11,905 bases of DNA, taken from Octopus sinensis. Its lineage: Eukaryota. The stretch is from contig NW_021826762.1 in assembly GCF_006345805.1 (NCBI RefSeq), forward strand, positions 1 to 11,905, written 5' to 3'. The position numbers were made by a program, and so were the translations under genes. Below, one piece after another: positions 1 through 8,345 of the stretch (position 1 is its first letter; the number at the start of each line of letters is the position of its first letter). The notes below the pieces were generated by a model. That model ran no database searches, was not told where the DNA came from, and worked only from the letters and a program-made list of their open reading frames with translations.

Positions 1-244
1 TGCGCCATTTTCCATTTATCATCATGATTTTTTTCCATATATATTTCTCTTTCTGGATTGGATTGCCTATGTTCAGTTACTGCAGGACGAAGACCTCAGC
101 GTGTTCTCTCCATCAACCAAATTTTATTTAGAGGTTGTGAATTTGAGCTTGAGATCATACTGGTTTGATGAGCCTACTCTCCCACACTGGTTCAACATTG
201 CTTGGCAGAGAGATGCAGTTTTTATACTCATACCCAGGAGTAGT

Positions 245-412
245 TAAGTTGATTACAGCGACCCCAGTGTTCAACTTGTACGTATTTTATCGACCCTGAA
301 ATGATGAAAAACAAAGTCGAACTTCGAGGAATTTGAACTCAGAACGTAAAGACATACAAAATACCGCTAAACATTTCACCCGGCGTGCTAACGATTCTGC
401 CAGATAACCACC
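245..412 (-). mobile_element. tRNA-derived SINE, family 1 (tRNA head + Nin/Deu-like core), diverged copy lacking the standard tail
   Basis: Colinear with 7490-7656 (GATTACA-CGACCCCAGTG...TTTATCGACCC...AAAGTCGA...GGAATTTGAACTCAGAACGTAA...ATACCGCTAA-CATTTC-CCCG-CGTGCTAACGATTCTGCCAG). On the minus strand it has an A-box-like TGGCAGAATCG and a B-box-like GAGTTCAAATTCC. Confidence 0.9.
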
Positions 413-420
413 ATGTTATC

Positions 421-487
421 TCTTTCTCTCCCCCCATTCTCCCTCTCCCTCATTCTCTTTCTCTTTCTCTCCCTCTCTTTCTCTCCC

Positions 488-518
<31 letters not shown>

Positions 519-543
519 CTCTCTCCCTCTCTCTCTCTCCCTT
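421..543. repeat. (CT)n/(GA)n microsatellite
   Basis: Direct reading; it accounts for the LSLSLS and ERERER ORFs. Confidence 0.95.
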
Positions 544-713
544 TCTGCTATCCCAAGAAACACGAAGATCACTTATTCGCGATGCACCCACCCACTCTTA
601 CCCACCCCACCACGTATACTGGAAGATTTTTCTCTTCAATCCTATCCGAAGATCAATAACAAGTTTACTCGCACATCTTACCCCGGTGACAATACCCCGT
701 TACTCACTAGTCC

Positions 714-927
714 TATGTATGTATGTATGTATGTATGTATGTATGTATGTATGCATGTATGTATGTATGTATGTTTGTATGTATGTATGTATGTATGCAT
801 GTATGTATGTATGCATGCATGTATGTATGTATGTATTATGTTGTATGTATGCATGCATATATACCCCCTTCCTCACTAGTCCTATGTATGTCTAATGTTG
901 TATGTATGCATGCATGTATGTATGTAT
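714..927. repeat. (TATG)n tetranucleotide tract with TGCA variants, interrupted by a short local duplication
   Basis: Direct reading; it accounts for the MYVC ORFs. Confidence 0.95.
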
Positions 928-928
928 A

Positions 929-1300
929 GGCGTAGGAGTGGCTGTGCGGTAAGTAGCTTGCTTACCAACCACATGGTTCCGGGTTCAGTCCCACTGCGTG
1001 GCACCTTGGGTAAGTATCTTCTACTATAGCCTCGGGCCGACCAATGCCCTGTGAGTGGATTTGGTAGACAGAAACTGAAAGAATCCCATTGTATATATGT
1101 ATATACAACATCGCTTGACATCCGATGGTAGTGTGTTTACGTCCCCGTAACTTAGCGGTTCGGCAAAAAAGAGACCGATAGAATAAGTACTAGGCTTACA
1201 AAGAATAAGTGTTGGGGTTGATTTGCTCGACTAAAGGCGGTGCTCCAGCATGGTCGCAGTCAAATGACTGAAACAAGTAAAAGAGTAAAGAGTAAAAGAG
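929..1300 (+). mobile_element. tRNA-derived SINE, family 2, near full length
   Basis: Starts GGCGTAGGAG, with an A-box-like TGGCTGTGCGGT (939-950), a B-box-like GGTTCAGTCCC (982-992) and a CORE-like CACCTTGGGTAAGT. It ends in a short repeated tail (AGTAAAAG)x3 and is flanked by TATGTATGT. It is homologous to the minus-strand copies at 1462-1712 and 6006-6120. Confidence 0.9.
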
Positions 1301-1461
1301 TATGTATGTGTGTGTATGTGTGTATGTGCGTGCGTGTGAATGTTTATGGTCTGAGCATGTATTATTATCTAAATAAGAAGACAACTAAAGAGTTTCGCGC
1401 ATTTCTAATGACCAGTTATAATGGTTTCTATATCACTCTGCTCCATGGGTCACTGCGCTAT

Positions 1462-1627
1462 GAGGGGTTTTAGTCAAACGAATTGGCCCCAGTGATATGT
1501 TTTAAAACTTATTGGTCTTTTTTACCAAACTGCTAGGTTACAGGGACGTAAACAAAAGAACACCGGCGGTCAAAGCGGTGGTGGGACAAACACAAAGATA
1601 TACACACTAAAATGTGTGTGTGTGTGT

Positions 1628-1682
<55 letters not shown>

Positions 1683-1712
1683 CACAGGTTTCTTTCAGTT
1701 TCTGTCTACCAA
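1462..1712 (-). mobile_element. SINE family 2, diverged headless copy with an internal (TG)n expansion at 1613-1680
   Basis: 1690-1712 is the exact reverse complement of 1061-1083. GACGTAAAC and TTTAGTC-A also match the 929-1300 copy. Confidence 0.85.
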
Positions 1713-1949
1713 CTCCCAGGACTATAATAAACGACACCTAAGCTCCACGCGGCTCCGGCAGAAGGTAATGGCGAACTTCTGCTGACTCTTTCGCCACAAC
1801 TTTCTCTCACTCTTTCCTCCTGCATCTTGCAGCTCACCTGCGACGGACCGGTGTCCCGTCCGGGTGGGGAACCTATACGCCAAGAAACCGGGAATCCGGC
1901 CCTTATGAGCCAGGCATGGCTCGAGAAGGGACAAACAAACAACCAAACA
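1713..1949 (+). mobile_element. Headless SINE-like element (family 4): GC-rich body and tail ending in (CAAA)n
   Basis: GC-rich block in AT-rich DNA. CTGCGACGGACCGGTGTCCCGTCC...GAAACCGGGAATCCGGCCC resembles, from recall, the 3' module of invertebrate SINEs. It ends in a simple-repeat tail. There is no second copy in the window. Confidence 0.65.
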
Positions 1950-2801
1950 TGCTATCTATTTAAAAATTAAACTAGCTACAAGGAGCACACAAATTCCTCC
2001 TCAAATCATAGCTTGCCGTCTTAAGAAAAAGAGGTAGAACGCGTGGGAGACAATACAGTCATGAATATGCAAAAATATAATAAAATGAAGATGGCGGAAA
2101 CGTCTAAGAAGAATTTTTACTTAATCATATTTGACGTAATGTTAAATAACAAGTTGGAAGGAGGTATACTGAGTCATTGAGTCTTGTTGTCGTTGATAAG
2201 GTACAAATCAGTCATAATGTAACATAATATTAGTCAATCTTGAATCGACATACATCCGCGCCTCTTCTCGTTGTCCAGATCTCAATTGCTTAAAACCTTA
2301 ATTAGTGATTTCTGTAGGGTTGAGTGATGCCAGAGACGTTACAAGTGGAAGGAAGTAGACGCGATTGTAAGGCGATACGGAGTGGTGACACACGTAGGCT
2401 GCTCTGTTACCGATAGTTGTTATTGCAGTTTTAGCCCTAGTTCAGGTTAGATCCAGTAGCTCTTTTTATCAAAGACGTTCCAAGCATGGCCATTCAGTTC
2501 TTTTGTACATTTCGAATTACATTGTTCCATATCTCCGTTTATTTATTTTTAAGTTAGTTTTCCATTTGAGGGAATTCAGCATATTTTGGAGCCGATCAAG
2601 TTACTGCATAAAGGAGCTTGTTGTTATTTTTGCCCTCCTTGCAGTTGTTGTTGTTGGTGGTGTTTTTGTTGTTGTTGTGCTAATTGTTTTGTGGATTAAC
2701 TTTTGGTAATTAAAATCACTTCATTAAGCCGTTCTGTTAAGTAGATTAAGTGTAAGTCACTAACGTCTTCATTTAGTTTGTACGCCTCTTAATTTTCACG
2801 T

Positions 2802-2890
2802 GCTCTCTCTCTAACTCTCTCTCTCTTTCTCTCTCTCTCTTTCTCTCTATCTATCTCTCTCTCTCTGGTCTCTTCCTGTCGTTCTCTCTC
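2802..2890. repeat. (CT)n microsatellite
   Basis: Direct reading. Confidence 0.9.
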
Positions 2891-2987
2891 TGTATCACAT
2901 TCTCTAAAATACAATGTTGATAGTTCTGTGGACTAAACAACTGGGAATCTCATTTGCCGAAAACGATGTTAGGCCCATTAATTCAGA

Positions 2988-3024
2988 AACACACACACAC
3001 ACACACACACACACCACACACACA

Positions 3025-3063
<39 letters not shown>

Positions 3064-3220
3064 ACACACACGCACACACACACACACATACACACACACG
3101 TATATATATACGCATTATATATACATACATACATACACACACACATACATACATGCATACATACATACATACATACATACATACATACATACATACATAC
3201 ATACATACATACATGCATGC

Positions 3221-3287
<67 letters not shown>
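2988..3287. repeat. Compound microsatellite (CA)n-(TACA)n-(GATA)n
   Basis: Direct reading; the GATA block spans 3221-3287. Confidence 0.95.
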
Positions 3288-3530
3288 AGTTTTACTCGAG
3301 AGTGTATCTGCACAGATTGCGAATCCGAGTTTCGCGTTGCTTGTTTCATCAATCGACAAAAGCGGTTACACTGAACTCGGAGATGCGGTCTCTTGGTGAT
3401 AGGGCTTCGAATAAAAATTATTCCACTCTCCTAAACCATACGTGCATATGCACAACACCACACACACACACACATGCACACATACAACACACACAGACAT
3501 TTACATACATATACGCATATATATATATAT

Positions 3531-3650
3531 TGGCCTGCTCGCTTAGCCAGCGGGTGGCGTCATTTGAAGGCTAAAAAAATGCGAAGCACATTGTGACCAG
3601 CGATGTGTAGCAACATCTGATAGCCTGGTCGGTCACGGTGATCACGGTGA
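3531..3650. mobile_element. Probable interspersed-repeat fragment embedded in (TA)n, ending in tandem TCACGGTGA x2
   Basis: GC-rich 120-bp island between TA tracts with a duplicated 9-mer end, which is typical of a retroposon terminus. The family is not established from the window. Confidence 0.45.
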
Positions 3651-3664
3651 TATATATATAATAT

Positions 3665-3709
<45 letters not shown>
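3651..3709. repeat. (TA)n microsatellite
   Basis: Direct reading. Confidence 0.95.
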
Positions 3710-3712
<3 letters not shown>

Positions 3713-4334
3713 CATGCATGTACGTATTGACATACAGTTAAATAGGAGTATTCAGACAAAAGGACATTTCTCTCGATTTAATCTTTATCCTCTTACAATT
3801 AACGAATTTTCATTATCCTTAACGATTAGTGGATTGGTAAAGCGGTATGCGACTCCGACCGAAACTGTGGTTCAGTTTTCTACAAGCTTAGGCATTCATT
3901 GTTGAAGGGATAAAGTTGAACGGTAATGTAAATAGGGGTTAATTACAACAGACTAATACGTTAAGCGAATAGTTTCGCAAACATTCACAAAACTAACTTC
4001 CGTAAGATGATCGATCATCCATGAGCGTTTTCAAATTTGACTTACTGGAGAATACCATGGAAACCCAGCTGCCTACAGTAGTGTGTGTGGGGGTGGGGGT
4101 GCGTGGTGCGTGCCTGCATCACGACTACCGCTTAAATTGACGTATTCCATATATATATATTTGTTAACATCACTTTAGTACATGTCTGTGTATGCATAAT
4201 ACCCATTACTGCATTTATTTGTCACCGCATCCTTGAAACAGCTGTAAATTTGGATTTAAAGATTCTCAAGAGGCAATCTTTAAATCCAAGATTAACGTGG
4301 ATGCCTTGTTATTCGCATTCAGAAGTCCTCACAT

Positions 4335-4625
4335 ATTGAGTTTGATTTAAAGGTTGTCTTTTCGTTGCTAATAATTATTTGTTAATAAACCTACTGACTA
4401 TTTGCGACACAGTGACTTAACATACCATCTTATTCTATGCAACGTTGGTAGCAAGATTTGGCTGGTATTTGGTCGCCGGACACTTGCCACTGAAGAAGCG
4501 CAGTGCGCTGAAATCACATCGTCTGTTAGTTCTGGCGCCCAGCCCTTTCTCTGCTATGATATGTGTTTGTGTTTTTATGCAGCATGCGTCAATATGAGAG
4601 GACCTCTCAAGGGGGATAAATCATC
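4335..4625 (+). mobile_element. Hammerhead-bearing dispersed repeat (retrozyme-like), copy A
   Basis: Homologous to 10940-11242: 4359-4406 vs 10963-11010 match 37/48 without gaps. Both share CTATTTGCGACAC 92 nt upstream of the hammerhead core, plus TTTTATGCA and a GAGA/TCTC hairpin downstream. Boundaries are approximate. Confidence 0.75.
4481..4534 (+). ncRNA. Type I hammerhead ribozyme motif A
   Basis: CUGAAGA 4490-4496; stem II AGCGC/GCGCU with loop AGU (4497-4509); GAAA 4510-4513; short stem III region AUCACAUCGU; GUC triplet with the cleavage-site C at 4523; imperfect stem I 4481-4489 with 4524-4534. Confidence 0.75.
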
Positions 4626-4709
4626 ATTCAGCATTCTAACATGAGATGCACATTAAGTCGGATTTACAGATACCTATTACTTTGAGTCATCTCGACGAAA
4701 ACTCCTCAT

Positions 4710-4716
4710 ACCCCCC

Positions 4717-4754
<38 letters not shown>

Positions 4755-4890
4755 GCATATATATATGTGTGTGTGTATATATATATTTATATATATGCAT
4801 ATATATATATAGGGTGAGTAGTGACAGATATTAGGGCGGGTGTATATATATATATATATGTACGTATGTATATGTATATATATATAATAT
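4710..4890. repeat. Compound (CT)n/(TA)n/(TG)n low-complexity tract with a short unique insert
   Basis: Direct reading. Confidence 0.85.
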
Positions 4891-5088
4891 ATGAAGGGCA
4901 CGTCCGTCAAATTGACATTGTCTGAACAGGTGCACGGTGTACCATGCGTCAGGTATTGAAGTGACCACAGAGCAACGTGAGATGAAGCGTTTTTCTCAAG
5001 AACATAATACACCACTCGGTATAGAAATTGAAATCACGATCTAGCAATCGTGACTGCAACGCTCTAACCACTAAGTCATGTGCCCTCA
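4891..5088 (-). mobile_element. tRNA-derived SINE, family 3 head with a distinct body, truncated
   Basis: The minus strand reads TGAGGGCACATGACTTAGTGGTTAGAGCG (A-box-like TGACTTAGTGG)...TTATGTTCTTGAGAAAAACGCTTCATCTCACGTTGCTC. This matches the head of the 11774-11905 copy. Confidence 0.8.
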
Positions 5089-5150
5089 TATATATATATT
5101 ATATATATATATGATATATATGTATATATATATGTGTGTGTGTGTGTGTA

Positions 5151-5232
<82 letters not shown>
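5089..5232. repeat. (TA)n/(TG)n microsatellite
   Basis: Direct reading. Confidence 0.95.
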
Positions 5233-5233
<1 letters not shown>

Positions 5234-6005
5234 TTAAATTAGTTTGAAGAGATGGTTCAGGATCATCTGGCGCATTGGCAAAATTATGATAAAAATCCAC
5301 TTGTAACATTGTTTATATAACTTGAGAAGTGAGGGGAATAGTGAGAAAGAATGATCTACAATAGGAGAAGTCAAATGAGAAAAGAAGGTGTAAACTGGTG
5401 GTGGGTGGAGGGTAAGTTACTGTCTGATGAAAAGAAGACATTGTAATATTAAACATGAATGTAGATAAAGGAAAAATTAGTATAATTAAATAACATACAT
5501 AAATAGAACAACATGACCTATAATAGAATGCCATGAAATAAGATAAAATAAAATGCTATTATCTGAGGAATGAAGGAGTGCATAAATACATGAATTCAGC
5601 CATGAATGATTGTACAAGACGATAAATTACAGAAATACGCTAAAATCCGAATATGATTGGAATGTGTATCTTCGGGTTTTACGGGAAGTCATACATAATG
5701 TGTCAGCTGTCTGAATTAGACATGTATAATCATCTGTAAATAAATGATTGATTTAGTATGAAATTATTCTTACCACAGGAAGGATAGTGATGTTCCATTT
5801 GTTAATGATTCAGTGTAGTTGGTTCGGTTCTAAAAGCTAGCACATTATTTCAATATTGTATAAGTGTGATGCACTGATGATGAAATTTGAGATTTAAACT
5901 GAGAGCCTATCTAGATGGAATCTGAAGATCGAAACTTAAAACTTAATAGTTTTAGATCTCACCTTAATGTTAAAAATCAACTGAGATTAAAAATCAACGA
6001 GATTA

Positions 6006-6120
6006 TCTTTTAACTTATTGCTTCAGTCACTGGACTGGGGCCATTCTTCGGCACCTCCTTGAAGGGTTTTAGTCGAGCAAATTGACTCCATAACATATTT
6101 TTCTTAAACCTGGTACTCTT
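6006..6120 (-). mobile_element. SINE family 2, diverged 3' fragment
   Basis: TTCAGTCA-TGGACTG-GGCCAT...GCACC...TTTAGTCGAGCAAAT matches the reverse complement of about 1185-1285. Confidence 0.75.
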
Positions 6121-7240
6121 AATTTTTAAAGGCCCCTATGTAAACGAACAAGTACTCTTAAGTTGGTTTCGGAAAGTCGATCTCTGTGGTAAATATCTAT
6201 TTTGAAATAATTAGTAGTTAAGGTTATATTAAGTTTCGATGTAATGATAAAAAAATGTTGCACAGTAAATAACTTTGGAGTTGCATCTACACTTGAGTAG
6301 ACATTCTGTTAGGTGTATGCAGTTACAAGGGCGTACATTTTGGGTATTGGGTGGATCATGGAATTCGGGTGGGTCCATATTCAATGAGGGCTGAAAAAAA
6401 TTGGTGTGGTGAAATACGAAATTCCATTAATATCCATCAAAATTGAATAGAATGTGTGGCTTGCAGAAAATATTTTGTGAAGCAGTTTAAAGAATAATTT
6501 TGCCACAGGTACGTAAAAGTCCTGATTTAAAGAAAAGCAGTACCAAGGAAGATTCATCGTTATTATTTTGACCATAATGTAGGACGTGAAATGGTAGAAT
6601 TGTGAGCGTGTCAGATAAAATACCTTGCAATATTTGTTCTAGCTCTTGACGTTCTAAATTCAATTTCTGCTGACGTCAATTTTGCATTTCATCATTCCAA
6701 GGTCGATAACTTATGTACTAGTAAAGTATCTTTTCCTCCAAATTTCTGTCCTTGTAACAATGAAGAAACAGTTATTTTGGCTTTAATGTGAGTTTGTGTT
6801 TTGCCATTTCTTTTTCGTATCTATAGTTTTCAATGAATCCACTACGTAATAACACCTTATTATATTATGCTGAAGCAGTATACACAAAGGGAAATATTTA
6901 CTATGATCAGGTTATATGAAATATCATTACGATGATTGGAGAGTTTATGTATGTAGTGCAATGACACATCTGGTTTTCTGTGAATTGTGAATTTGCAAGT
7001 TAAACGTAACATCAAGGTAGTTTATCATCTTGAGGTTATGTTCCACTCATATTTTTAAGATGAATTCAACGGTTAAAAAGGATAGAAGAGAGTTCTATCT
7101 TGAATGTCTAAGAACGCTGTTTATTTATGTTTCTTATAACAAGACTGTCAACTTTTTAAAAGACATTGAAGATATGTAGAAATTTGATATATAAGCGGCG
7201 AAGGATATATCGTCTTACCTACGGCTTCTTATACTAATAT

Positions 7241-7656
7241 CTATTTCTTTACTACCCACAAGAGGCTAAACATAGAGGGGACAAACAAGGACAGACAAAG
7301 GGATTAAATCGATTACATCGACCCCAGTGCGTAACTGGTACTTAATTTATCGACCCCGAAAGGATGAAAGGCAAAGTCGACCTCGGCGGAATTTGAACTC
7401 AGAACGTAACGGCAGACGAAATACCTATTTCTTTACTACCCACAAGGGGCTAAACACAGAGGGGACAAACAAGGACAGACATAGGTATTAAGTCGATTAC
7501 ATCGACCCCAGTGCATAACTGGTACTTAATTTATCGACCCCGAAAGGATGAAAGGCAAAGTCGACCTCGGCGGAATTTGAACTCACAACGTAACGGCAGC
7601 CGAAATACCGCTAAGCATTTCGCCCGACGTGCTAACGATTCTGCCAGCTCGCCGCC
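7241..7656 (-). mobile_element. SINE family 1, tandem ~1.8-mer (full unit 7425-7656 plus partial unit 7241-7424 lacking the 5' end of the head) with an 11-bp TSD
   Basis: Two 184-bp units with 8 differences; the head starts GGCGGCGAGCTGGCAGAATCG at 7656. A direct repeat TATACTAATAT flanks it at 7230-7240 and 7657-7667. The core CTTTCATCCTTTCGGGGTCGATAAA-TAAGTACCAG resembles the Nin/Deu domain (from recall). Confidence 0.93.
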
Positions 7657-8127
7657 TATACTAATATACTAATATCAAATGTAGAGTTCGTTCTTAGCGT
7701 TTCTTAATCCATATATTATTGTCGCAGAATAATTCGTTTTTTTTTCTTCTTTCTAGTGTGTAGAATTACATTGATTTCTGTGTTAATGATGGGTGAAAAG
7801 GTCTTACAAATTTCAAAACATCCATTAATAGCTATTTCGAAATATATGGACAGCAGTTCTTTATATTAGATTGTATGAGTTTGCAGCTTTCTTTGTTATT
7901 TGTCGCTTTCAACAATGTGATACCTCTTGGAATTGTACCAAAAAGACAGATAAGAAGCTGCCCTGGTTTTGAGAGAATTATCTTTTTGATGTTGGACATT
8001 GTTGATTATTCTAATATCTGCTTTTGGTAAGGCTGATGTATATCTTATTGTTAGCTTGTTGGTAAAACTGGGTTAGATGTGTGTGTGTGTGTGTGTGTGC
8101 CTATTACCCTTATATTTCAGAGATGAA

Positions 8128-8345
8128 GGCGGCGAGATAGCTGAATCTTCTGCACGCCGGGCTAAATACTTAGCGACGTTTCGTTCCGTCTTTACGGCCT
8201 GAGTTCAAATTCTGCCGAAGTCGACTTTGTCTTTCATCCTTTCAGGGTTGATAAATTAAGTACCAGTGAAACACTGGGGTCGATGTAATTGACTAGTCCT
8301 CTCCCCCCACCCAAATTTTCAAGCCTTGTGCTATTAGTAGAAAGG
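8128..8345 (+). mobile_element. SINE family 1 head and core with an alternative 3' tail, followed by (ATT)24
   Basis: GGCGGCGAG...GAGTTCAAATTCTGCCGAAGTCGACTTTG-CTTTCATCCTTTC-GGGT-GATAAATTAAGTACCAG...CACTGGGGTCGATGTAAT, then a different tail CCCCCCACCCAAATTTTCAAGCCTTGTGCTATTAGTAGAAAGG. Confidence 0.9.

Noticed and set aside
385-929. ORFs of 67-164 aa with LSLS, ERER or MYVC runs
   Set aside because: They are translations of (CT)n and (TATG)n tracts. The same applies to the ORFs at 2904-3359, 4646-5015, 8289-8603, 9398-9656, 9653-10153 and 10134-10940.
929-1005. tRNA-like A/B boxes here and at 5020-5088, 7570-7656, 8128-8215 and 11774-11850
   Set aside because: These are SINE heads continuing into repeat bodies. 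I saw no complete cloverleaf, so they are not called as tRNA genes.
1985-2505. Two short stretches (about 1985-2060 and 2421-2505) that resemble recalled octopus SINE fragments
   Set aside because: There is no second copy in the window and they are too diverged to support without a repeat-library search.
3323-3381. Imperfect hairpin closed by TCCGAGTT/AACTCGGA
   Set aside because: Only 8-9 contiguous pairs, with a large internal loop and bulges; plausible by chance.
5424-5935. CTGATGA (5424, 5874) and CTGAAGATCGAAAC (5922) hammerhead-like words
   Set aside because: There is no stem II between the core halves and no stems I or III.
5971-6005. 17-nt tandem duplication TAAAAATCAAC(T)GAGAT
   Set aside because: An ordinary slippage duplication with no further structure.
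6125-7225. Long AT-rich unique stretch with a 64-aa minus-strand ORF and GT/AG-like words
   Set aside because: No recognisable protein motif and no convincing exon; it cannot be called without RNA data.
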